Shown here in pieces: positions 16,390 through 28,816 of a stretch of 64,000 nucleotides of DNA (position 1 is its first letter; every line of letters starts with the position of its first letter). The stretch comes from the human T2T-CHM13v2.0 reference genome, Homo sapiens. The stretch lies in NCBI RefSeq assembly GCF_009914755.1, contig NC_060932.1. One strand, given 5' to 3'. The position numbers were made by a program, and so were the translations under genes. The notes under the pieces were generated by a model that saw nothing but the letters and a program-made list of their open reading frames with translations, searched no databases and was not told the origin of the DNA.

Positions 16390-16640
16390 TAGTGGCTATT
16401 AGTGGTTTAAAGACAGGTCAACCTGAATCCAATTTGGGATTCTTTCATTTTGAGTGTACTACTTAGCATCCTGAAATATGGTACTTTTCTTTTGTTTTGT
16501 TTCATTTTAATCAGCAAAATGGTGATAAGAATATGGCAAGCATAGGTTGTAGAGAATAAATTAATAATCCATAGTAATGTTCTATCATGGTGCCTAACGA
16601 ATGATAGATATTATTACTTGATGTTACTTAATATCATTAT
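16390..16640 (+). mobile_element. MIR
   Basis: tagtggtttaaag...acctgaatcca...cagcaaaatggtgataaga...aggttgtagagaataaatta...ggtgcctaac. Confidence 0.6.
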
Positions 16641-16929
16641 CATCCTTATTTTTATAACTACTTATATACTTGTTAAATATTTAGTAATCTGTGTACAGTT
16701 AATTCCTAGTAGAAGTTATATTTTTCTCAACTAATAGCTTATACTGTTCTTGTGAAATGAAGGGATATGAAAACTAAGTTACTGGGTATTGTTAAGGATT
16801 AATTTCTGAACTGGGTGGACCCCAGCAACAATAAAGTCACAATCCTTGTGCGCCTGGTATGGGTTGATCAATTACTAACATTTGACATAGACTAGAGACT
16901 AGAAAGTGAACAAAGTTTCTTCATGCCTT

Positions 16930-17075
16930 CCAGAGTTTCTTTTCACATTCATCAATTATTGTGATTGTTACAAGGTTATGTGAAGAGGGTAGACCAGTTA
17001 TTTTTACTTCCTTTTAATAGAGAACTGAGACTCAAAGAAACTGTGACTTGAATAATATTTACAGTTACCTTTTGG
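16930..17075 (-). mobile_element. MIR fragment
   Basis: ttttaatagagaactgagactcaaaga...gtgacttg. Confidence 0.5.
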
Positions 17076-18179
17076 CAAACTCCTCTTTCAAAACCACTGT
17101 TTAGAGCTCAAAGTATACTACGCTTCATCACAAGACTCAAACGGATGAATATATTACATGTAAATATATAATATAATTAGCATCTTTGGAATTATTGAGC
17201 GGTTGCTGTTCTAGACTGAGAAAAAAAGGTAGCATTTCATTAAAATGTTGGTGTTAGAGAACCAGAATTACAATGCCATTCAGTATTACATAATAGGCCT
17301 ATTCTGACCTGCCATTTTGTGGACTAGATGATATAGGGAAGTAATCTAAAGTAAAATTTTACTGTAAATAAACTCTTCAGTAATTCAGGAAAGCATTTTA
17401 TGTACTAGTGCTCCAAATTCAGTAAATTAAATTCTGATGTAATGACCTGTCTGGTTCCTTGTTCCTAAATCCATCAAATGAAGCTCCACCTGCAGGTCCA
17501 GACAGTTCTGGCCCAGGCTTGGGATTCAATCTGATTTCCTAATCAAGGGAATAAAAAACAAAACAAAACAGCAGATTCAATAATGCAATGATTTAGCTGA
17601 ATTATTTTTTTTCCTATGTGGCTCTGAACTTATACTGCACTTAAATTACTATGTTCTGATGTTTACTAACAGCTCATTTCAATTAAATCATTAAAGGAAA
17701 TGACAAATTTTCTGTTGTGTTCTAATACTCATTCCTAAATTCCAAGACTTTCCTCTTAGAATTCTATGAGTCCTTCCCCTGAGATCTGGTTACCAAAACT
17801 TTCTTCTATAATTTAGATATAAATTTTAGTAAGATTGCTAAATGTTATTCCATTGCTATTTTAATCTACTAATCTGCTAGCATGTTAATTCTGTTATTGA
17901 CTATTGAACTTCTTTGATTTTAGTGGTCTGTCTACTGGAACTATTAGATTATTTTCTATCATAGTTATCTGATACTACACAATATTTTAAAATTCTGTTG
18001 TATACTCTTTTTGTATACTTTAATTGCCAAATTGTAAAAGCTACATTTTCTGGGCAAATTTAAACCTAACAAAAATAAAGTTGAGAGCTGATTCTGTGAC
18101 CACATCAGAAGTATATTGTTGCATAAATAAATGGGAGGAAGTTTCAAGACCACCTGGGAGCATAGAAGATATGCTTATC

Positions 18180-18465
18180 AAAGGTGTGCCTAATCCAAAG
18201 TTAGAAGATATAGTAGTTATTTTCAATAATTACATTATATTGAAGAATAATCCTAATAGATTGTCATGATGGGGATGACTAAAGCTTTCTTGAGATAAAT
18301 CTATGGCTTAAGTAATTTATAAAGAAAAAATCAAAAAGTATAGTTATCTCATCACTAGAATGTTTAAACAGATGGTTATTTGGCAGGAATATTGTAGAAA
18401 GCACTCCTTCATTGATTTATGGATGACCTCTTACGGGCCCTCCACCAGTCTAATCTTTCAGTTTA
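18180..18465 (+). mobile_element. CR1/L3 (or MIR3) 3' relic
   Basis: catcactagaatgtttaaacaga and ggatgacctcttacgggccctccaccagtcta resemble the L3 3' end. Confidence 0.45.
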
Positions 18466-19854
18466 TAATTCACAGGAGTCTCATACTAGCCTAATGTTGA
18501 CCAGTATTGTAGTCAGCAGCCCAGTGAGACTATAACATGTGTTGTCTCATCATCCCATCTCTTTTCCTGTAGCAATTATTTTTATTTATCTGCATTCATA
18601 AGATCAAATACTTTGTCTGGAGGACAGTAAACTCATTGCTATCTCAAATGGAAAACATCACATACTGTTCCTAGTAAACTAATTGAATTTACTTTAAATA
18701 GAAGACAGGACACACACAATCATGACAATAAAAAGACTGTTATGATATTATGCACTTAAAAAATTTTAGTTTTTCACACCTAGTTAGTACTGCGGAAATG
18801 TTAGGTGTTCTTTAAACCATCATATTCTTACTTGAATTTATATTCTTAGTCATTTTATTTCTAGCAAGATAGATAAATGCAAAGTCTTGAATGTGGACAA
18901 TGTTTATTTAAGATGATGTTCTATAAGAAACTTTGAAAAATAAAATCCAAAAAGAACAAATTAAATAATATGAGCTTATTGAATTAGTGATATATAACAT
19001 GGTGAGAAAACACAATAAATATCCTCAAAGATCAAATGCCACCTGCTGTGATTCTCTTGGCAGAAGACCCATTGGATAGTCATTGATCTCTTCCATGTGG
19101 TGTAAAAGAAATTCTAACCAAGGGCCATTTCCCCAGTGGCTATACAGCTTTTCCAATAAAGCTTTTTCTTTATAGCCACAGAGAGATAATGCATTTCCAT
19201 TGGGAAGTGAGTGTATGAGAATATAAATCACCTGGGAATCTTTGAGCGAAGGATTTTTCTTTAAATTCACTACAGCCATCTTCACTTTTGTCACTTTCTA
19301 AAGCCTGGGTTCTCCTACGAATTTTAACTAACTTTTTCCAATAGAAGGTGGATATATTGTAATCTAAGTAATCTTCCCAACTAGCTTTTTGGAAGAGATG
19401 TCTTAAGAGATACAAGAAAAATTCTTAGCAAAAATCACTATTTTTATCAAGCGGTCAATATTTTTCACTTCTGTCTTCTACTGTGGTGAAAATGCAAGCT
19501 TTAAATGACCCTCTTGTGCACACTCATCATTTGGTGCCCAGTACTTCTTCTGTCTGATTTTATTTCCCCACCACTCTGCTCTAAAACTTGTATATAGCTT
19601 CATGATCTAAATTAACTATTTCCTTCTTCCTTTGCCTTCACTAAGACTCAGTTTTCCCTCAGAGCGCAATCAGCCTGTTACCTTCTGGAGTGGAAATGGC
19701 TCAGCCTCCCACTCTAATGTATTACAGGCCAGGGAGAAATACCGGTACCAATGGCATTAAATCAACACCATTGTTTTTTTAATTGAAAGAGAACCCATTT
19801 ATTCAGATTCATGAAATTTAGCACTAATCAATTTGAAAACTTCCTTTACTATCA

Positions 19855-20351
19855 TATTATTAGGTCTTTCTGCTCCTTAGCTTAGCTATGTCTGAGTTCT
19901 TGTCTCACAACCAGGAAGAATTAGGTGAGTGGACATGGGAGAGTGAGTGGAGTAGAATTTATTAAGTGAAAGGCAAGCTCTCAGCAAAGAGGTGACACAG
20001 AGGCTGTTTTCCCTACCTGAGGGTGGGAATGTCCCCCATGTGGCTGGGTCCGAGCCCTTTTATGGACTCAGAATGGGAAGTATGTGCTGATTGGTTTGTG
20101 AGTATGCAAAAAGGTTAAAGTTAACAAACCACTCAAAGGTGAGCACAACAGCGTAGAAAAGCAATTAGGAAAGGGTGGGGATCAATCAGAGGAAAGTACA
20201 CCAAACAGGAATAAAAGTTCTTCATCTGTTCTATGGATTTAACTTGTAGGTTGGCTTTCAGGTTTTAAACTGTCTTTGGCTTGGAGGTGGGGTTTCACTG
20301 GGGACCAACCCCTATCTGTCTAGGCATTTGCCTGCCTCCTGCTGCTCCTAA
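19855..20351 (-). mobile_element. ERV1-class solo LTR (LTR9/MER61/MER52 group)
   Basis: gagttcttgtctcacaaccaggaagaattagg, gtgctgattgg, ggtggggtttcactggggacc, tgcctgcctcctgc. On the minus strand: CCAAT box (20087-20094), TATA-like cataaaag (about 20057-20064), AATAAA (about 19958-19963). Confidence 0.8.
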
Positions 20352-22109
20352 TATTTAATCTCCCAATTATTATATTTTCCCCAAGTATTAGAGAGAGAAA
20401 TGAGTCCCAGCTTATAATCTTTATGATGTTAGTTCTAACTGTCATCAGGGAAATAGTCTAACATTCATGTGGTAAACATGCCCAACAATATAGTTCTAAA
20501 GAGCTATCCAATTTCAGCACTAGCCTGAAGACTCCAATCCACAGCTTACTACATGGACATATTCTGGAACTTAGATGTGCTATGACTCTTCCATTTTTTT
20601 CTCTCATAATCTCTAAAGTTGAAAATAGATGTATTTTTTCCAGCTGACTTTTCACATCATATTGCAGCTGAATACTGCTCCAGGAAATAATAATGGCTTA
20701 TAAACTAGTGACAGCTCAAATCATGGTCTCTAAGCTACCTTATCCATCAGTACCCCCAAGGCAATCAAACATTTTCTGAGATCTTAGCCAGCTTTTTCTT
20801 TCCAAAATACTTATCCCAAACCTTTCAACTCCTAAGTCTCTTTATTCATCTGCTTAATTCTGTCTCTTAACATGGCCTGGCATACATTATGGAAAATATT
20901 GATATCTTTAGGAGTAAAAAGTGTGCAATTTTCTAAAGCTAGAAACCATAGAAATGGAGTCCCACCAGAAATCAAGGAACACTTACCTGAGGAAATGCTG
21001 GATTATGCAGAATGCTTTGGAAGAATGTGGTAGATGGTTAAACATGACTTGAATATAATTCAAATCCGACAGGAGATGTGGGTGGAAGGATAGGTTGGAA
21101 GCAAACAGAGCAAATTTTAACTTGATGTTTTCACCATACATGTCTTTCACAAAGATAAATATTATCCTTTTGAACTTCCAGCTACCCATAGGAGTAAATT
21201 TATACAAATCCACAGAAGACTGGATGAATAGCATGAACATTTTAGTAGCAGGAAACATTGGGAGATGTCAGAACAAAAATGATCAGTTTAAAGAGACAGA
21301 AGAAAAGGAGGTAATTCATCAGTTATATTATTTGAGGCCATTTCAGAGTAGTTATTCATTCAAAAGGTCAGTTTGTAGATTTGCTTTGCAAATGGAACAA
21401 ATTAAGAAAATGATAGGCTGAGAGATGATTACACACTGAATGTTAGCACGGTGTTCCTGCCAGCAGGGCACTGATGAGCCTTTGAATAGAATGGGATTAG
21501 GAAGTGATTTTTCAACTGTTAAATGGTATCAGAGCAGGTAAACATATAAGGTTGTGTGGTTTGGAACAAAGCATCATGAATAGCTTTTTAAATTATTAAT
21601 GATTTCTCCTTTTGTTAGTGCTCTGTTAGCAAGGCCTGCACTATTATTTAGTAATTCCTTTTAATTAGGCTTCTCAAAGCTGCTTTTAAGTTATATTCCA
21701 TTTGAAATGAAAATAATTGACTACATAAAAGAATTAGAAACCACTGTATTAAAACCACATGTTTAAGTACAACTGTTTTGTTCCTTTTTTGCTTTCAAAG
21801 TATATTCTTCCTGTTAAGAAATAAAACTAACAGAAAAGCAATAAATTAACCAGGTTATTTAATATACAATAGCTAACAAAATTAATTTGCAACAGTGCAA
21901 TCCAAAAATAGTTTAATCCAGTAAGGAAGTACAGAATGCTGTGCAATATGATATGTGATAAGAAAGAAGAGTAATTAAGCCATGTTGCTGTTATACAGTA
22001 TCTTAGAAGCTGATAAAGAGAGGTTTATTTAACAGAATACATTTTTAGCTAAAATGACACTAGCCAGATTTGCAATAGGATGTCTTGTCTTACATTCTCT
22101 AGTAATGAT

Positions 22110-22438
22110 TGTTTTTTTGTTTTGTTTTGTTTTGTTTTGTTTTGTTTTGTTTTGTTTGAGATGGAGCCTCGCTGTGATGCCCAGGCTGGAGTGCAAGGGC
22201 ACGTCTCAGCTCACTGCAACCTCTGCTTCCCAGGCTCAAGCAATTTTCCTGCCTCAGCCTCCCAAGTAGCTGGGACTACAGGCATGCGCTACCACACCTG
22301 GCTAACTTTTGTATTTTTAGTAGAGATGGGGTTTCACCATATTGGCCAGGCTGGTCTCAAACTCCTGACCTGAAGTGATCTGCCCACCTCGGCCTCCCAA
22401 AGTGCTGGGATTACAGGTGTGAGCAACTGTGCCTGGCC
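22110..22438 (-). mobile_element. AluSx/Sz with (TTTTG)n tail
   Basis: Full antisense Alu; 12-bp TSD tctagtaatgat (22098-22109) / tctagcaatgat (22439-22450). Confidence 0.95.
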
Positions 22439-22490
22439 TCTAGCAATGATAATAAATATCTAATGTCTAGTGTTTTTATTTGTCAGATGG

Positions 22491-22877
22491 TTTAGTAGAC
22501 ACCTGTTAATTTGTCTGCCTGGCATTCATTCATCTTCCTCATGGTAGGTGTACCCCAATTTTCCTTGAGAAACCAGACCTCATCAACTATTAGCCTATGA
22601 GGTCCAGATGGCATTGATTCCAGGGATGATCACAGAGTCTAGGGATGGTTTATTAGAACAAATCATTCTTTCAGCCATAGTGATTGGATCAAAGATGGAT
22701 AGAAGATAATGTTATGTGATTCAGAACCAATAACATTCCGTTTATGGACTGACATGGTATGAACAGCAAGATCCATTCATGCCTGAAGTAAGAAAATGTA
22801 AGCCAAATACTACTTTGATTGAGCCGTTTTGAGCTGAGTTGCTGTCTTTTATAAAAGGAAGTGACTGAACTGAAACA
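22491..22877 (+). mobile_element. Old MaLR LTR (MLT1K/L-like)
   Basis: accccaattttccttg, ccatagtgattggatcaaagatgg; ends gagccgttttgagctgagtt...ctgaaaca. Confidence 0.55.
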
Positions 22878-24169
22878 AATGGCTTCTTGGAGAAATCCCT
22901 AAATTACTATGATGTTTTAAATCCTTATACTCTTAAAGTGGCACGGGCCCATCCCCACTCACCTCTTTCCCTCATAACACTCTTTTCTGTTCTGATCATA
23001 TAAAAGAGATAATGGTCACTTGCTTTTTATAATTTTCCTTTATGAAATTGAATGAAATTTACAAGTAAAAGGATAATATCTCAACCAAATGTTACTGATT
23101 CTAAAACTAATCACTCGGTGCAATTAATCTGTGCTTATTCTAATGTTTGTTTGTACCTCCTCCTCCCACACCAAGTCTATTTACTTTGTTTACTTACCAA
23201 CATGGATCAAAATACAATCAAAGCTTTCAAAAACAATTACAACAGATGTGTGTCAAATTATACTATAAAATTTATCAAGTCATTCCTAAGGTTACATTAA
23301 ATAAATAATAGAAAATCTTACCTTTGCTCATGATTGAACTGAAAAAAGAAATAGTCAATACATGATATACAATATGGAACTAACTTACAGAATCAAATCA
23401 CAGGTAATGTTCTTACTACAGGCAAATAAATTAAACAAAGGAATAAACAAACAAAGCTGTAATATTTGTAAAATATTTGAGGGTAGAGTTCAATATAATT
23501 GACATAAAGTAATTAATTTCACCCTAATGAGATGTCTAAATTGGATCTTAAATATTAGCTCATTGCTTTGAGTAATGACAAGGAGAAACAGAAAAATATA
23601 GGGTCCACAATGAAACTGACTTTCAACTACTTGAGCAATATTTAATGTAATTTTAAACCCCTTTCATACCCTTAAAAAGATGGAAATTGATCCCTCCTTG
23701 GAATAAACTTGGTCTTCAGACAAAGCTTGATTTTTCTACAAGAAATAAAATGGCAAAAAGAAACCTTGTAAAAAAGACTACTCAGCCTGTACTTCATCTT
23801 TTTCAGTTAGAGAAAAAAACTCATGCTCTATATCCATTAAAACATACTTGATAGACCGTAAGCTTCCTGCTAAATCCTTAACAATTGAACTGTTTAAGAA
23901 TCAGACCTGAAATTCTCCTCTTGTAATGCTCCACATATCTTTTCTTTCAACTTTGTTATCACCATCATCATAACATCATTAGTGATAGAATTTAATTTTA
24001 TAATACTCATTAATATTAATATGTCCTATTCAATATGATATCCTCCATATTCAATTTAATTAGATGATACCATAGACTCAGCATTGTGTTTAGTACTATG
24101 TATATTTAAAATAAATATTAGCTGTAATTATTATTGCTATTTTTCTTACTCTTTTGGTCTTTTTTGAAT

Positions 24170-24420
24170 AGTATAGTAAAGTAAGATATAATATATATGA
24201 TTTAGTAAAAATTGAATATGAGACTGGGGTCCTGACTCACTTGTACCTGAATTCTGGCTGTAACTTTGGATAAGTTAACAGATGTTTTTTAGTCTTATAT
24301 CCCTCAACTTAAAATGGGAAAATTGATATTAGTATTTACGTAGTACAATGACATTATTCGCCCAAAGAATTTAGCAAAGCGTTTGGTCTTAGTAAGCATC
24401 AATAATAATTAAATTAACAA
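24170..24420 (+). mobile_element. MIR
   Basis: cctgaattctggctgtaactttggataagttaac...cttaaaatgggaaaatt...agtaagcatcaataa. Confidence 0.65.
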
Positions 24421-25199
24421 TAATATATTTTAGGCTCTTTTGTTTTAATGAATGTAAATGTTTTGACAGACATTGACTTTGTACCTCACACTTCTTAAGG
24501 TTTTTTTTTAACTTATAAAATTTAATTATCTTTTTAACATAAGATATAAAATCTTCAATCTTTTTTTTAACCTCTTTTCATTTCCTTGGGTCTAATCTAG
24601 GAACCAAAGAAAGGTCTACTTTCTATATAAAAATAGAAATATAATGTAGACTATATTATCGTTTCTTCACATATACAGTTTTTTGTACTGAAGAAATACT
24701 CTCCATAATCTCAGAATGCATTACAAATATTGATATTATTATATTATATTATTGATACTAATTCTATTAAAGCACTAGGTGAACAATTTATTGGGGAGTG
24801 AAAGGAAATGCTCGATATGCTATGTATCAAAATGCTATGCTATGTATTAAAATGAACCCTGCAGTACTCTATTTGAGGTTAGGGTGACAAAAAACGACCT
24901 AAACTCATGCATTGTATTTAACTGTATACTTACTGGAAGATTTTCCTCTTAGTATGCTCTAATTCATATGAGCTATTAACAATTGAATGTGTGACTGACA
25001 TTGTTTTCATATTTTTCTACAAAATATTTGCATGTGTTATTATTGTCACCTTCTTGCACATGATAGTTTTAGAACATGAAACATATAGCTATTACTTGCC
25101 TACCTAATGATCATTGCATTGCAATATCTTTGAAGAGAGGGAACAATACTATATCTTACCACCTTTGTTTTTCATAAACACTTTCATGATTTGTCATAC

Positions 25200-26748
25200 C
25201 AGTTTTAGGGAGATATAATTTACATGGCATGATATCTAACTGCGCAATTGAGTGCTTTTTAGTACTGTATATTCATTCTGGGAAAGGTGATCATGTGGCC
25301 TAAAGACACTTGCATACTTGCACGGGAACATGCATCACACCTGGAATATTTCTTTAGTGGAGATAAGAAGCTGAAATATACCCAACAAGTGGGTATATTA
25401 CCTTGTTTAGCAATATCATTTCCTCTTCCAGGTTTGATGTGTACTTCTTTGTTCTACTCAAGTGTGTGTGTCATATGACACCTGACCAACCCCACTGCTA
25501 TATCTGTTACTAATAGGCAGAAAATGGGGTCCTTCACCTGACGTATAAGAAGGATTATGTGCAAACAATTTTCCATGATGGCCATCAGGTGACACCCAGT
25601 GGCCACTGGAGACCAATGCTCACTGTTGAAGCTGATTTTTCTCTGTCTCATCTTTATGTGGGTAAAGTGCTATTCCTTCCAGTGCCTCTGTGAGCCATGT
25701 CTTTTTTGGCAGCCTCAACACCTACCTGCAAACTACGCAATGGGTTGACATCCTGGGACTGCCGCTCCTGTCGGCTGGCATTGTTATGATCTTTGCTATC
25801 CCCCATGCAGTAAGATTTCTTCTCTGGAGAGTTATTTTATTGGTGTCGTTTTACTGACAATTCACAATGTTATGTAACTAATCCTACTATCTAATTGTGG
25901 AATATTTTCATCATCCCCAAAAGAAACCCCATGTTCTTTAGCAGTCACTTTTTACACCTTTCTCCCCACAGCTCCTGGCAACTACTAATCTACTTTCTGT
26001 ATCTATAGATTTGCCTATACTGCTTACATCATATAATTGGAATAATACAATGTGTGTTTTTTATGACTTCTTTAACTTAGCATGTTTTCAGGGTTCATGC
26101 ATGTTGTAGCATATATTAATACCTCATTTCTTTTTATGGCCAAATAATGTTGCATTGTATGGATATACCATATTTGATTTATCCATTCATCAGTGGATGG
26201 ACATTTGGGTTGTTTCTACTTTTTATCAATTATAAATAATGCTTATATAAACATTCATATGTAAGTTTTTGTGTTAACCTAAGTTTTCATTTCTTGTGGG
26301 TATATACCTAGGATTGGAATTGTTGTATCATATAGTATTCTATGTCTACCATTTTGAGGAACTGCCAGACTTGTTTTCAAAGAAGCTGCATCAACTTAGG
26401 AGAGTTCCACAATCAATCAATATATGAGAATTCCAATTTCTCTACATCTTCACCAACACTAATTATTGTCTATCTTTTTTATTGTAGCCATCTTAGTTTT
26501 TGCGAAGTGGGACCTTGTTTTGGTTTTGATTTCCATTTCCTTTATAGCTAATACTGGTGAGCAACTTTTCATGTGCTTATTGACCATTTATATATCCTCT
26601 TTGGAGAAATGACTATTCAAGATCCTTTGTCCATTTTTAAATTGGGCTATTTGTCTTTTAATGTTCAGTTGTAGAAGTTCTTTATTCTGGATACAAGTCT
26701 CATCCGATATTTGATTAGCAAGTATTTTCTCTACATTTGTGGATTACC
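25200..26748 (-). mobile_element. L1MB-like 3' region, interrupted by the LTR at 25276-25859 and itself splitting an L2 tail
   Basis: agatataatttaca, ttttcatcatccccaaaagaaacccc, tatccattcatcagtggatggacatttgggttgtttc, ttttgaggaactgccagac, ctttggagaaatg. L2-tail-like text at about 25120-25190 and 26750-26805. Confidence 0.8.
25276..25859. mobile_element. ERVL-class solo LTR (subfamily uncertain; MER73/MER74/LTR53-like) nested in L1MB
   Basis: A 584-bp GC-richer block ending ...ctgaca interrupts L1 text (tattca|caatg). Perfect 5-bp TSD attca at 25271-25275 and 25860-25864. Confidence 0.7.
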
Positions 26749-26863
26749 CTAAGCATCTGGCAATATGCACATTGCAGATCCCCAATATTTTTTGTTGAAT
26801 TGATGTTCAATACATTCCCTTTTCAGTAATGAATTCACAACCTGGTGTAAACTCCGTGACTCC

Positions 26864-27295
26864 TGTGATGGTTAATTTTAGTTGTCAATGTGACCGGGCC
26901 ATGGAGTGCCTGCACATTTAATCAAACAATTTCTTCTGCATGTCTGTAAGGGTGATTCTGGATGTATTTGAGTCAGCAGACTGAGTAAAGTGGATTTCCC
27001 TTCCTAATGTGGATGGACCTCATCCAATTACTTGAAGACCTGTGTAGAACAAAAAGGCAGAGTAAGACGGAACTACACACGTATGACTTCTAGAGCTAAG
27101 TATCCATCAGACCAGAATTTACACCATCAGCTCTCCTAGGTTTCTAGCTTGCTAAGTGCAGATCTTAGGACTTCTCAGCCTTCATAATCAGTGGCTCAAT
27201 TCCTTATAGTAAATCTATGTATGTATGTATGTATGTATGTATGTATGTATGTATGTATGCATGCATGTATCTATCCATCTAATCTATCTACTTAC
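26864..27295 (+). mobile_element. MLT2C/D-like 5' LTR, 3' terminus missing
   Basis: Starts tgtgatggttaatttta; gactgagtaaag, tagaacaaaaaggc, caattccttatagtaaatc, then (TATG)n at 27216-27259. Confidence 0.88.
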
Positions 27296-28314
27296 CTAAT
27301 ATATACAGACAAATTCAGGGAACATATGTGGGACTGGATACTAAGAGTATGCAATAATGGTGTTAGAGACATCAAAATTGGATCAGGCTGAATTCATTGA
27401 TATGGATTCACTAAGCAGAGATTCTGCATTTAATATTACAGTTGGAGGAGTTAGAAAAGGCTTAGACAGTTTGATTGCTTTACTGAAACATGGACCAACA
27501 GGTGGCCCACAATAAATATGTTAAAATGCTGAACCTGGCTTGATTTATCATAGAGGAAAGGATTTAGAGGATTAGAGAGATTGGGATGTTAGCATGGATT
27601 TGTCATTTAAGACCTACTCACCTGTGCTGGGAGGGTCCAGAAGACATACCTATTACCACCACTGTGAGAAATAAACTCGTGAGTGGAGGCTTGGCATCCT
27701 AGAAAGCTCTGTGATCTTCTCTGCAGGCCACATCTTACAGTGGGAACTGCAGTCACTAAACTGGGAAACCTAATAGCAATGGAATAATTGGATCCTGGGA
27801 TGGCAGGGCTGAGTAATAACACTCAACCATCAAAGGCAAGGTGGCTGTGGTTACCGTAATGGACAGAAAGTCAAGACAACAGTAAGAATAATTTGAGTTT
27901 TTAGAACTATGGTGTTTGCTAGTTGATCATAGGGTGTTTCTAGAAGTGAAAGACAGGAAGCTGACTAAAATCTTACTTGACCTATATAAGCAGAAAAGTT
28001 CTAGGTCAATGAATAAAAGTTCAACCCAAGGCCAGGTGCAGGGGCTCATGCCTATAATCCAGCACTTTGGGAGGTGGAGGCAGGTGGATCACTTGAGGCC
28101 AGGAGTTCGAGATCAGCCTGGCTAACATGGGGAAACCCTATCTGTAGTAGAAATAAAAAAAAATTAGCTGGGCATGGTGGCACATGCCTGTAATTCCAGC
28201 TAGTCAGGAGGCTGAGACATGAGAATCACATGAACCTGAAAGACAGAGGTTGCAGTGAGCTGAGATCATGCAACTGTACTCCAGCCTGGGCGACAGAGAG
28301 TCAGACTCTGTCTC

Positions 28315-28345
<31 letters not shown>

Positions 28346-28800
28346 AAAAGAAAAAGAAAAAAAAAGTTCAACCCAAATTATAAAAACAGAGAGTCATGTT
28401 CCCTCAAGCAATTTGCATAATTAAGCCTTTGTAGACTGAGAACTCCTTGAATGGAGAGGCTAGATCTCCTCAATGAAAAACCGAAGTATACTAAGTAAAA
28501 TTTATACTGTTAAATGTTTCTTTCAGCCTTCCCCAAAGGGACCCATGGCCTTTTATTAGGGTTACTAACTGTACACTGGGGAAAAGGAAATAATCACATG
28601 TTTCAGAGACTGCAGGGAGTTGTGGCCCTCCAGTTACAGTAAGGAATTATGGGGATCAGGTGATCAATAGAGTGTTTAGCTCAGGTCTGTTTCATAGTGG
28701 GGCCAGTGCATCCCTGAACGCATCTTATGGTTATTTCCTTAATTCCAGAGTTCTTAACTGAAATAAACACACTTAGTAACTGACAGAATCCTCACATTGG
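27296..28800 (+). pseudogene. gag: ERVL gag (3' part) and protease relic, interrupted by an Alu
   Basis: tgggactggatactaag...ttggatcaggctgaattcattgatatgg...cagagattctgcatttaat matches HERV-L gag; many stops and frameshifts. Confidence 0.7.
28030..28361 (+). mobile_element. AluSz-like, inserted in ERVL gag
   Basis: Full Alu with A tail; perfect 15-bp TSD aaaagttcaacccaa (28015-28029 / 28362-28376). Confidence 0.95.
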
Positions 28801-28816
28801 TTCTATAATCTATGAA

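Noticed and set aside
19025-19415. Two overlapping minus-strand ORFs (89 and 81 aa) in non-repeat DNA
   Set aside because: No recognisable domain, non-ATG starts and no convincing splice sites; the length is compatible with chance.
20981-21258. Perfect minus-strand donor CAG|GTAAGT at the end of a 91-aa ORF
   Set aside because: One perfect 9-mer is expected by chance in this much sequence; the peptide resembles nothing I recognise.
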